DNA of 64,000 nt from Eledone cirrhosa. Taxonomy: Eukaryota. The stretch is taken from NCBI GenBank assembly GCA_964016885.1, contig OZ024744.1:133610001-133674000 (forward strand), read 5' to 3'. Made by a program: the position numbers and the translations under genes. Positions within the stretch are counted from its first letter, which is position 1; each line of letters begins with the position of its first letter. This document shows, in pieces, positions 12,391-24,349 of the stretch. A model generated the notes under the pieces. The model saw only the letters and a program-made list of their open reading frames with translations. It had not been told where the DNA came from and ran no database searches.

Positions 12391-15300
12391 TAAGTCGGGG
12401 TTAAGTTAAGTTGGGGGTAAGTTAAGTTGGGGGTAAGTTAAGTTGGGGTTAAGTTAAGTTGCGGTTAAGTTGGGGTTAAGTTAAGTTAGGGTTAAGTTAA
12501 GTTGGGGTTGAGTTAAGTTGGGGTTAATTAAGTGGTGGTTATGTTAAGTTGGGGTTAAGTTAAGTTGGGGTTAATTTAAATTGGGGTTAAGTTAACTTTG
12601 TGGTTAATTTAAGTTGGGGTTAAGTTAAGTTGGGGTTAAGTTGGGGTTGAGTTAAGTTGAGGTTGAGTGAAGTTGGGGTTAAGTTAAGTTGGGGTTAAGT
12701 TAAGTTGGGGTTAAGTTAGGTCGGGGTTAAGTTAAGTTGTGGTTGAGTTAAGTTGGGGTTAATTTAAGTTGCGGCTAAGTTAATTTGTGGTTAAGTTAAG
12801 TTGGGGTTAAGTTAAGTTGGGGTTAAGTTAAGTTGGGGTTGAGTTAAGTTGGGGTTGAGTTAATTTGGGGTTAAGTTAAGTTGGGGTTAAATTAAGTTGG
12901 GGTTAAATTAAGTTGGGGTTAAGTTACGTTGGGGGTAAGTTAAGTTGGGGGCAAGTTAAGTTGGGGTTAATTTAAGTTGGGGTTAAATTAAGTTGGGGTT
13001 ACGTTAAGTTGGTGTTAAGTTAAGTTGGGGTTAATTTAAGTTGGGGTTAATTAAGTTGGGGTTAAGTTAAGTTGGGGTTAAGTTAAGTTGGGGTTAATTT
13101 AAGTTGGGGTTGAGTTAAGTTGGGGTTAAGTTAAGTTGGGGTTATATTAAGTTGGGGTTAAGTTAAGTTGGGGTTCAGTTAAGTTGGGGATAAGTTAAGT
13201 TGGGGTTAAGTTAAGTTGGGGTTAAGTTAAGGTGGGGTTAAGTTAAGTTGGTGTTAAGTTAAGTTGGGGCTAAGTTAAGTTGGGGCTGAGTTAAGTTGGG
13301 GCTGAGTTAAGTTGGGGTTAAGTTAAGTTGGGGTTGAGTTAAGTTGGGGTTAAGTTAAGTTGGGGTCAAGTTAAGTTGGGGTTAAGTTGGGGTTAAGTTA
13401 AGTTGGGGTTAAGTTAAGTTGGGGTTAAGTTAAGTCGGGGTTAAGTTAAGTTGGGGTTAAGTTAAGTTGGGGTTAATTTAAGTTGGGGTTAAGTTAAGTT
13501 GGGGTTAAGTTAAGTTGGGGTTAAGTTAAGATGGGGTTAAGTTAAGTTGGGGTTAAGTTAAGTTGAGGTTAAGTTAAGTTGGGGTTAAATTAAGTTGGGG
13601 TTAAGTTAAGTTGGGGTTAAGTTAAGTTGGGGTTAAGTTAAGTTGGGGATAAGTTAAGTTGGGGATAATTTAAGTTGGGGTTAAGTTAAGTTGGGTTTAA
13701 GTTAAATTGGGGTTAAGTTAAGTTGGGGTTAAGTTAAGTTGGGGTTAAGTTAAGTTGGGGTTAAGTTAAGTTGGGGTTAAGTTAAGTTGGGGCTAAGTTA
13801 AGTTGGGGCTGAGTTAAGTTGGGGTTAAGTTAAGTTGGGGTTAAGTTAAGTTGGGGTTAAGTTAAGTTGGGGTTTATTTAAGTTGGGGTTAATTTAAGTT
13901 GGGGTTCAGTTAAGTTGGGGTTAAGTTAAGTTGGGGTTAAGATGGGGTTAAATTAAGTTGGGGTTAAGTTAAGTTGGGGTTAAGTTAAGTTGGGGTTAAG
14001 TTAAGTTGGGGTTAAGTTAAGTCGGGGTTAAGTTAAGTCGGGGTTAAGTTAAGTTAGGGTTCAGTTAAGTTGGGGTTAAGTTAAGTTGGGGTTGAGTTAA
14101 GTTGGGGTTGAGTTAAATTGGGGTTGAGTTAAGTTGGGGTTGAGTTAAGTTGGTGTTGAGTTAAGTTGGGGTTAAGTTAAGTTGGGGTTAAGTTAAGTTG
14201 GGGTTAATTTAAGTTGGGGTTCAGTTAAGTTGGGGTTCAGTTAAGTTGGGGATAAGTTAAGTTGGGGTTAAGTTAAGTTGGGGTTAAGTTAAGTTGGGGT
14301 TAAGTTAAGTTGGGGCTAAGTTAAGTTGGGGCTGAGTTAAGTTGGGGCTGAGTTAAGTTGGGGTTAAGTTAAGTTGGGGTTGAGTTAAGTTGGGGTTAAG
14401 TTAAGTTGGGGTCAAGTTAAGTTGGGGTTAAGTTGGGGTTAAGTTAAGTTAGGTTTAAGTTAAGTTGGGGTTAAGTTAAGTTGGGGTTACGTTAAGTTGG
14501 TGTTAAGTTAAGTTGGGGTTAATTTAAGTTGGGGTTAATTAAGTTGGGGTTAAGTTAAGTTGGGGTTAAGTTAAGTTGGGGTTAATTTAAGTTGGGGTTG
14601 AGTTAAGTTGGGGTTAAGTTAAGTTGGGGTTATATTAAGTTGGGGTTAAGTTAAGTTGGGGTTCAGTTAAGTTGGGGATAAGTTAAGTTGGGGTTAAGTT
14701 AAGTTGGGGTTAAGTTAAGTTGGGGTTAAGTTAAGTTGGTGTTAAGTTAAGTTGGGGCTAAGTTAAGTTGGGGCTGAGTTAAGTTGGGGCTGAGTTAAGT
14801 TGGGGTTAAGTTAAGTTGGGGTTGAGTTAAATTGGGGTTAAGTTAAGTTGGGGTTAAGTTGGGGTTAAGTTAAGTTGGTGTTAAGTTAAGTTGGGGCTAA
14901 GTTAAGTTGGGGCTGAGTTAAGTTGGGGCTGAGTGAAGTTGGGGTTAAGTTAAGTTGGGGTTGAGTTAAGTTGGGGTTAAGTTAAGTTGGGGTCAAGTTA
15001 AGTTGGGGTTAAGTTGGGGTTAAGTTAAGTTAGGTTTAAGTTAAGTTGGGGTTAAGTTAAGTTGGGGTTAAGTTAAGTTGGGGTTAAGTTAAGTTGGGGT
15101 TAAGTTAAGTTGGGGTTAAGTTAATTTGTGGTTAAGTTAAGTTGGGGTTAAGTTAAGTTGGGGTTAAGTTAAGTTGGGGTTAATTTAAGTCGGGGTTAAG
15201 TTAAGTTGGGGTTAAGTTAAGTTGGGGTTAATTTAAGTTGGGGTTAAGTTAAGTTGGGGCTAATTTAAGTTGGGGTTAAGTTAAGTTGGGGTTAAGTTAA

Positions 15301-18300
15301 GTTGGGGTTAAGTTAAGTTGAGGTTAAGTTAAGTTGGGGTTAAATTAAGTTGGGGTTAAGTTAAGTTGGGGTTAAGTTAAGTTGGGGTTAAGTTAAGTTG
15401 GGGATAAGTTAAGTTGGGGATAGTTTAAGTTGGGGTTAAGTTAAGTTGGGTTTAAGTTAAGTTGGGGTTAAGTTAGGTTGGGGATAAGTTAAGTTGGGGT
15501 TAAGTTAAGTTGGGGTTAAGTTAAGTTGGGGTTAAGTTAAGTTGGGGCTAAGTTAAGTTGGGGCTGAGTTAAGTTGGGGTTAAGTTAAGTTGGGGTTAAG
15601 TTAAGTTGGGGTTAATTTAAGTTGGGGTTTATTTAAGATGGGGTTACGTTAAGTTGGTATTAAGTTAAGTTGGGGTTAATTTAAGTTGGGGTTAATTAAG
15701 TTGGGGTTAAGTTAAGTTGGGGTTAAGTTAAGTTAGGGCTAAGTTAAGTTGGGGCTGAGTTAAGTTGGGGTTAAGTTAAGTTGGGCTTAATTTAAGTCGG
15801 GGTTAAGTTAAGTTAGGGTTCAGTTAAGTTGGGGTTAAGTTAAGTTGGGGTTGAGTTAACTTGGGGTTGAGTTAATTTGGGGTTGAGTTAAGTTGGGGTT
15901 GAGTTAAGTTGGGGCTAAGTTAAGTTGGGGCTGAGTTAAGTTGGGGCTGAGTTAAGTTGGGGTTAAGTTAAGTTGGGGTTGAGTTAAGTTGGGGTTAAGT
16001 TAAGTTGGGGTCAAGTTAAGTTGGGGTTAAGTTGGGGTTAAGTTAAGTTGGGGTTAAGTTAAGTTGGGGTTAAGTTAAGTCGGGGTTAAGTTAAGTTGGG
16101 GTTAAGTTAAGTTGGGGTTAATTTAAGTTGGGGTTAAGTTAAGTTGGGGTTAAGTTAAGTTGGGGTTAAGTTAAGATGGGGTTAAGTTAAGTTGGGGTTA
16201 AGTTAAGTTGAGGTTAAGTTAAGTTGGGGTTAAATTAAGTTGGGGTTAAGTTAAGTTGGGGTTAAGTTAAGTTGGGGTTAAGTTAAGTTGGGGATAAGTT
16301 AAGTTGGGGATAATTTAAGTTGGGGTTAAGTTAAGTTGGGTTTAAGTTAAATTGGGGTTAAGTTAAGTTGGGGTTAATTTAAGTTGGGGTTAAGTTAAGT
16401 TGGGGTTAAGTTAAGTTGGGGTTAAGTTAAGTTGGGGCTAAGTTAAGTTGGGGCTGAGTTAAGTTGGGGTTAAGTTAAGTTGGGGTTAAGTTAAGTTGGG
16501 GTTAAGTTAAGTTGGGGTTTATTTAAGTTGGGGTTAATTTAAGTTGGGGTTCAGTTAAGTTGGGGTTAAGTTAAGTTGGGGTTAAGATGGGGTTAAATTA
16601 AGTTGGGGTTCAGTTAAGTTGGGGTTCAGTTAAGTTGGGGATAAGTTAAGTTGGGGTTAAGTTAAGTTGGGGTTAAGTTAAGTTGGGGTTAAGTTAAGTT
16701 GGTGTTAAGTTAAGTTGGGGCTAAGTTAAGTTGGGGCTGAGTTAAGTTGGGGCTGAGTTAAGTTGGGGTTAAGTTAAGTTGGGGTTGAGTTAAGTTGGGG
16801 TTAAGTTAAGTTGGGGTCAAGTTAAGTTGGGGTTAAGTTGGGGTTAAGTTAAGTTAGGTTTAAGTTAAGTTGGGGTTAAGTTAAGTTGGGGTTACGTTAA
16901 GTTGGTGTTAAGTTAAGTTGGGGTTAATTTAAGTTGGGGTTAATTAAGTTGGGGTTAAGTTAAGTTGGGGTTAAGTTAAGTTGGGGTTAATTTAAGTTGG
17001 GGTTGAGTTAAGTTGGGGTTAAGTTAAGTTGGGGTTATATTAAGTTGGGGTTAAGTTAAGTTGGGGTTCAGTTAAGTTGGGGATAAGTTAAGTTGGGGTT
17101 AAGTTAAGTTGGGGTTAAGTTAAGTTGGGGTTAAGTTAAGTTGGTGTTAAGTTAAGTTGGGGCTAAGTTAAGTTGGGGCTGAGTTAAGTTGGGGCTGAGT
17201 TAAGTTGGGGTTAAGTTAAGTTGGGGTTGAGTTAAGTTGGGGTTAAGTTAAGTTGGGGTTAAGTTGGGGTTAAGTTAAGTTGGTGTTAAGTTAAGTTGGG
17301 GATAAGTTAAGTTGGGGCTGAGTTAAGTTGGGGCTGAGTGAAGTTGGGGTTAAGTTAAGTTGGGGTTGAGTTAAGTTGGGGTTAAGTTAAGTTGGGGTCA
17401 AGTTAAGTTGGGGTTAAGTTGGGGTTAAGTTAAGTTAGGTTTAAGTTAAGTTGGGGTTAAGTTAAGTTGGGGTTAAGTTAAGTTGGGGTTAAGTTAAGTT
17501 GGGGTTAAGTTAAGTTGGGGTTAAGTTAATTTGTGGTTAAGTTAAGTTGGGGTTAAGTTAAGTTGGGGTTAAGTTAAGTTGGGGTTAATTTAAGTCGGGG
17601 TTAAGTTAAGTTGGGGTTAAGTTAAGTTGGGGTTAATTTAAGTTGGGGTTAAGTTAAGTTGGGGCTAATTTAAGTTGGGGTTAAGTTAAGTTGGGGTTAA
17701 GTTAAGTTGGTGTTAAGTTAAGTTGAGGTTAAGTTAAGTTGGGGTTAAATTAAGTTGGGGTTAAGTTAAGTTGGGGTTAAGTTAAGTTGGGGTTGAGTTA
17801 AGTTGGGGCTAAGTTAAGTTGGGGCTGAGTTAAGTTGGGGCTGAGTTAAGTTGGGGTTAAGTTAAGTTGGGGTTGAGTTAAGTTGGGGTTAAGTTAAGTT
17901 GGGGTCAAGTTAAGTTGGGGTTAAGTTGGGGTTAAGTTAAGTTGGGGTTAAGTTAAGTTGGGGTTAAGTTAAGTCGGGGTTAAGTTAAGTTGGGGTTAAG
18001 TTAAGTTGGGGTTAATTTAAGTTGGGGTTAAGTTAAGTTGGGGTTAAGTTAAGTTGGGGTTAAGTTAAGATGGGGTTAAGTTAAGTTGGGGTTAAGTTAA
18101 GTTGAGGTTAAGTTAAGTTGGGGTTAAATTAAGTTGGGGTTAAGTTAAGTTGGGGTTAAGTTAAGTTGGGGTTAAGTTAAGTTGGGGATAAGTTAAGTTG
18201 GGGATAATTTAAGTTGGGGTTAAGTTAAGTTGGGTTTAAGTTAAATTGGGGTTAAGTTAAGTTGGGGTTAAGTTAAGTTGGGGTTAAGTTAAGTTGGGGT

Positions 18301-19419
18301 TAAGTTAAGTTGGGGTTAAGTTAAGTTGGGGCTAAGTTAAGTTGGGGCTGAGTTAAGTTGGGGTTAAGTTAAGTTGGGGTTAAGTTAAGTTGGGGTTAAG
18401 TTAAGTTGGGGTTTATTTAAGTTGGGGTTAATTTAAGTTGGGGTTCAGTTAAGTTGGGGTTAAGTTAAGTTGGGGTTAAGATGGGGTTAAATTAAGTTGG
18501 GGTTAAGTTAAGTTGGGGTTAAGTTAAGTTGGGGTTAAGTTAAGTTGGGGTTAAGTTAAGTCGGGGTTATGTTAAGTCGGGGTTAAGTTAAGTTAGGGTT
18601 CAGTTAAGTTGGGGTTAAGTTAAGTTGGGGTTGAGTTAAGTTGGGGTTGAGTTAAATTGGGCTTGAGTTAAGTTGGGGTTGAGTTAAGTTGGTGTTGAGT
18701 TAAGTTGGGGTTAAGTTAAGTTGGGGTTAAGTTAAGTTGGGGTTAATTTAAGTTGGGGTTCAGTTAAGTCGGGGTTCAGTTAAGTTGGGGATAAGTTAAG
18801 TTGGGGTTAAGTTAAGTTGGGGTTAAGTTAAGTTGGGGTTAAGTTAAGTTGGTGTTAAGTTAAGTTGGGGCTAAGTTAAGTTGGGGCTGAGTTAAGTTGG
18901 GGCTGAGTTAAGTTGGGGTTAAGTTAAGTTGGGGTTGAGTTAAGTTGGGGTTAAGTTAAGTTGGGGTCAAGTTAAGTTGGGGTTAAGTTGGGGTTAAGTT
19001 AAGTTAGGTTTAAGTTAAGTTGGGGTTAAGTTAAGTTGGGGTTAAGTTAAGTTGGTGTTAAGTTAAGTTGGGGTTAATTTAAGTTGGGGTTAAGTTGGGG
19101 TTAAGTTAAGTTGGGGTTAAGTTAAGTTGGGGTTAAGTTAATTTGTGGTTAAGTTAAGTTGGGGTTAAGTTAAGTTGGGGTTAAGTTAAGTTGGGGTTAA
19201 GTTAAGTCGGGGTTAAGTTAAGTTGGGGTTAAGTTAAGTTGGGGTTAATTTAAGTTGGGGTTAAGTTAAGTTGGGGTTAAGTTAAGTTGGGGTTAAGTTA
19301 AGATGGGGTTAAGTTAAGTTGGGGTTAAGTTAAGTTGAGGTTAAGTTAAGTTTGGGTTAAATTAAGTTGGGGTTAAGTTAAGTTGGGGTTAAGTTAAGTT
19401 GGGGTTAAGTTAAGTTGGG

Positions 19420-22400
19420 GATAAGTTAAGTTGGGGATAATATAAGTTGGGGTTAAGTTAAGTTGGGTTTAAGTTAAGTTGGGGTTAAGTTAAGTTGGGG
19501 TTAAGTTAAGTTGGGGTTAAGTTAAGTTGGGGTTACGTTAAGTTGGGGTTAAGTTAAGTTGGGGCTAAGTTAAGTTGGGGCTGAGTTAAGTTGGGGTTAA
19601 GTTAAGTTGGGGTTAAGTTAAGTTGGGGTTAAGTTAAGTTGGGGTTTATTTAAGTTGGGGTTAAGTTAAGTTGGTGTTCAGTTAAGTTGGGGTTAAGTTA
19701 AGTTGGGGTTAAGATGGGGTTAAATTAAGTTGGGGTTAAGTTAAGTTGGTGATAAGTTAAGTTGGGGTTAAGTTAAGTTGGGGTTAAGTTAAGTTTGGGT
19801 TAAGTTAAGTTGGTGTTAAGTTAAGTTGGGGCTAAGTTAAGTTGGGGCTGAGTTAAGTTGGGGCTGAGTGAAGTTGGGGTTAAGTTAAGTTGGGGTTGAG
19901 TTAAGTTGGGGTTAAGTTAAGTTGGGGTCAAGTTAAGTTGGGGTTAAGTTGGGGTTAAGTTAAGTTAGGTTTAAGTTAAGTTGGGGTTAAGTTAAGTTGG
20001 GGTTAAGTTAAGTTCGGGTTAAGTTAAGTTGGGGTTAAGTTAAGTTGGGGTTAAATTAATTTGTGGTTAAGTTAAGTTGGGGTTAAGTTAAGTTGGGGTT
20101 AAGTTAAGTCGGGGTTAAGTTAAGTTGGGGTTAAGTTAAGTTGGGGTTAATTTAAGTTGGGGTTAAGTTAAGTTGGGGCTAATTTAAGTTGGGGTTAAGT
20201 TAAGTTGGGGTTAAGGTAAGTTGGGGTTAAGTTAAGTTGAGGTTAAGTTAAGTTGGGGTTAAATTAAGTTGGGGTTAAGTTAAGTTGGGGTTAAGTTAAG
20301 TTGGGGTTAAGTTAAGTTGGGGATAAGTTAAGTTGGGGATAATTTAAGTTGGGGTTAAGTTAAGTTGGGTTTAAGTTAAGTTGGGGTTAAGTTAAGTTGG
20401 GGATAAGTTAAGTTGGGGTTAAGTTAAGTTGGGGTTAAGTTAAGTTGGGGTTAAGTTAAGTTGGGGCTAAGTTAAGTTGGGGCTGAGTTAAGTTGGGGTT
20501 AAGTTAAGTTGGGGTTAAGTTAAGTTGGGGTTAATTTAAGTTGGGGTTTATTTAAGATGGGGTTACGTTAAGTTGGTGTTAAGTTAAGTTGGGGTTAATT
20601 TAAGTTGGGGTTAATTAAGTTGGGGTTAAGTTAAGTTGGGGTTAAGTTAAGTTGGGGCTAAGTTAAGTTGGGGCTGAGTTAAGTTGGGGTTAAGTTAAGT
20701 TGGGCTTAATTTAAGTCGGGGTTAAGTTAAGTTAGGGTTCAGTTAAGTTGGGGTTAAGTTAAGTTCGGGTTGAGTTAAGTTGGGGTTGAGTTAAATTGGG
20801 GTTGAGTTAAGTTGGGGTTGAGTTAAGTTGGTGTTGAGTTAAGTTGGGGTTAAGTTAAGTTGGGGTTAAGTTGAGTTGCAGTTAAGTTAAGTTGAGGTTA
20901 AGTTAAGGTGCGGTTATGTTAAGTTGGGGTTAAGTTAAGTTGGGGCTAAGTTAAGTTGGGGCTAAGTTAAGTTGGGGCTAAGTTAAGTTGGGGTTAAGTT
21001 AAGTTGGGGTTAAGTTAAGTCGGGGTTAAGTTAAGTTGGGGTTAAGTTAAGTTGGGGTTAATTTAAGTTGGGGTTAAGTTAAGTTGGGGTTAAGTTAAGT
21101 TGGGGTTAAGTTAAGTTGGGGATAAGTTAAGTTGGGGATAATATAAGTTGGGGTTAAGTTAAGTTGGGTTTAAGTTAAGTTGGGGTTAAGTTAAGTTGGG
21201 GTTAAGTTAAGTTGGGGTTAAGTTAAGTTGGGGTTACGTTAAGTTGGGGTTAAGTTAAGTTGGGGCTAAGTTAAGTTGGGGCTGAGTTAAGTTGGGGTTA
21301 AGTTAAGTTGGGGTTAAGTTAAGTTGGGGTTAAGTTAAGTTGGGGTTTATTTAAGTTGGGGTTAAGTTAAGTTGGTGTTCAGTTAAGTTGGGGTTAAGTT
21401 AAGTTGGGGTTAAGATGGGGTTAAATTAAGTTGGGGTTAAGTTAAGTTGGTGATAAGTTAAGTTGGGGTTAAGTTAAGTTGGGGTTAAGTTAAGTTTGGG
21501 TTAAGTTAAGTTGGTGTTAAGTTAAGTTGGGGCTAAGTTAAGTTGGGGCTGAGTTAAGTTGGGGCTGAGTGAAGTTGGGGTTAAGTTAAGTTGGGGTTGA
21601 GTTAAGTTGGGGTTAAGTTAAGTTGGGGTCAAGTTAAGTTGGGGTTAAGTTGGGGTTAAGTTAAGTTAGGTTTAAGTTAAGTTGGGGTTAAGTTAAGTTG
21701 GGGTTAAGTTAAGTTCGGGTTAAGTTAAGTTGGGGTTAAGTTAAGTTGGGGTTAAGTTAATTTGTGGTTAAGTTAAGTTGGGGTTAAGTTAAGTTGGGGT
21801 TAAGTTAAGTCGGGGTTAAGTTAAGTTGGGGTTAAGTTAAGTTGGGGTTAATTTAAGTTGGGGTTAAGTTAAGTTGGGGCTAATTTAAGTTGGGGTTAAG
21901 TTAAGTTGGGGTTAAGGTAAGTTGGGGTTAAGTTAAGTTGAGGTTAAGTTAAGTTGGGGTTAAATTAAGTTGGGGTTAAGTTAAGTTGGGGTTAAGTTAA
22001 GTTGGGGTTAAGTTAAGTTGGGGATAAGTTAAGTTGGGGATAATTTAAGTTGGGGTTAAGTTAAGTTGGGTTTAAGTTAAGTTGGGGTTAAGTTAAGTTG
22101 GGGATAAGTTAAGTTGGGGTTAAGTTAAGTTGGGGTTAAGTTAAGTTGGGGTTAAGTTAAGTTGGGGCTAAGTTAAGTTGGGGCTGAGTTAAGTTGGGGT
22201 TAAGTTAAGTTGGGGTTAAGTTAAGTTGGGGTTAATTTAAGTTGGGGTTTATTTAAGATGGGGTTACGTTAAGTTGGTGTTAAATTAAGTTGGGGTTAAT
22301 TTAAGTTGGGGTTAATTAAGTTGGGGTTAAGTTAAGTTGGGGTTAAGTTAAGTTGGGGCTAAGTTAAGTTGGGGCTGAGTTAAGTTGGGGTTAAGTTAAG

Positions 22401-22820
22401 TTGGGCTTAATTTAAGTCGGGGTTAAGTTAAGTTAGGGTTCAGTTAAGTTGGGGTTAAGTTAAGTTCGGGTTGAGTTAAGTTGGGGTTGAGTTAAATTGG
22501 GGTTGAGTTAAGTTGGGGTTGAGTTAAGTTGGTGTTGAGTTAAGTTGGGGTTAAGTTAAGTTGGGGTTAAGTTGAGTTGCAGTTAAGTTAAGTTGAGGTT
22601 AAGTTAAGGTGCGGTTATGTTAAGTTGGGGTTAAGTTAAGTTGGGGCTAAGTTAAGTTGGGGCTAAGTTAAGTTGGGGCTAAGTTAAGTTGGGGTTAAGT
22701 TAAGTTGGGGTTAAGTTAAGTCGGGGTTAAGTTAAGTTGGGGTTAAGTTAAGTTGGGGTTAATTTAAGTTGGGGTTAAGTTAAGTTGGGGTTAAGTTAAG
22801 TTGGGGTTAAGTTAAGTTGG
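19420..22820 (+). repeat. Recent tandem duplication, unit 1,701 bp
   Basis: Rare markers repeat at a constant 1,701-bp offset: ATAATATAAG 19437/21138, GGTGATAAG 19751/21452, TTAAGGTAAG 20211/21912. Confidence 0.88.
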
Positions 22821-22949
22821 GGTTAAGTTAAGTTGGTTAGTTAAGTTGAGTTTAAGTTAAGTTGGGGTTAATTTAAGTTGGGGTTAAGTTATGTTGGGGT
22901 TAAGTTAAGTTGGGGTTAAGTTAAGTTGGGGTTAAGTTAAGTTGGGGTT

Positions 22950-23122
22950 AACCCCAACTTAACTTAACCCCAACGTAACTCAACCCCAACGTAACTCAAC
23001 CCCAACTTAACTTAACCCCAACTTCACTCAACCCCAACTTAACTTAACCCCAACTTCACTCAACCACAACTTCCAACTTGACTTAACCCCAACTTAACTT
23101 AGCCCCAACTTAACTTAAGCCC
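22950..23122 (-). repeat. Inverted satellite block, copy 3 (173 bp)
   Basis: Same junctions and signature as copy 2. It carries two consecutive AACGTAACTCAACCCC monomers. Confidence 0.97.
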
Positions 23123-24349
23123 TAAGTCGGGGTTAAGTTAAGTTGGGGGTAAGTTAAGTTGGGGGTAAGTTAAGTTGGGGTTAAGTTAAGTTGCGGTTAA
23201 GGTGGGGTTAAGTTAAGTTAGGGTTAAGTTAAGTTGGGGTTGAGTTAAGTTGGGGTTAATTAAGTGGTGGTTATGTTAAGTTGGGGTTAAGTTAAGTTGG
23301 GGTTAATTTAAATTGGGGTTAAGTTAACTTTGTGGTTAATTTAAGTTGGGGTTAAGTTAAGTTGGGGTTAAGTTGGGGTTGAGTTAAGTTGAGGTTGAGT
23401 GAAGTTGGGGTTAAGTTAAGTTGGGGTTAAGTTAAGTTGGGGTTAAGTTAGGTCGGGGTTAAGTTAAGTTGTGGTTGAGTTAAGTTGGGGTTAATTTAAG
23501 TTGGGGCTAAGTTAATTTGTGGTTAAGTTAAGTTGGGGTTAAGTTAAGTTGGGGTTAAGTTAAGTTGGGGTTGAGTTAAGTTGGGGTTGAGTTAATTTGG
23601 GGTTAAGTTAAGTTGGGGTTAAATTAAGTTGGGGTTAAATTAAGTTGGGGTTAAGTTACGTTGGGGGTAAGTTAAGTTGGGGGCAAGTTAAGTTGGGGTT
23701 AATTTAAGTTGGGGTTACGTTAAGTTGGTGTTAAGTTAAGTTGGGGTTAATTTAAGTTGGGGTTAATTAAGTTGGGGTTAAGTTAAGTTGGGGTTAAGTT
23801 AAGTTGGGGTTAATTTAAGTTGGGGTTGAGTTAAGTTGGGGTTAAGTTAAGTTGGGGTTATATTAAGTTGGGGTTAAGTTAAGTTGGGGTTCAGTTAAGT
23901 TGGGGATAAGTTAAGTTGGGGTTAAGTTAAGTTGGGGTTAAGTTAAGGTGGGGTTAAGTTAAGTTGGTGTTAAGTTAAGTTGGGGCTAAGTTAAGTTGGG
24001 GCTGAGTTAAGTTGGGGCTGAGTTAAGTTGGGGTTAAGTTAAGTTGGGGTTGAGTTAAGTTGGGGTTAAGTTAAGTTGGGGTCAAGTTAAGTTGGGGTTA
24101 AGTTGGGGTTAAGTTAAGTTGGGGTTAAGTTAAGTTGGGGTTAAGTTAAGTCGGGGTTAAGTTAAGTTGGGGTTAAGTTAAGTTGGGGTTAATTTAAGTT
24201 GGGGTTAAGTTAAGTTGGGGTTAAGTTAAGTTGGGGTTAAGTTAAGATGGGGTTAAGTTAAGTTGGGGTTAAGTTAAGTTGAGGTTAAGTTAAGTTGGGG
24301 TTAAATTAAGTTGGGGTTAAGTTAAGTTGGGGTTAAGTTAAGTTGGGGT

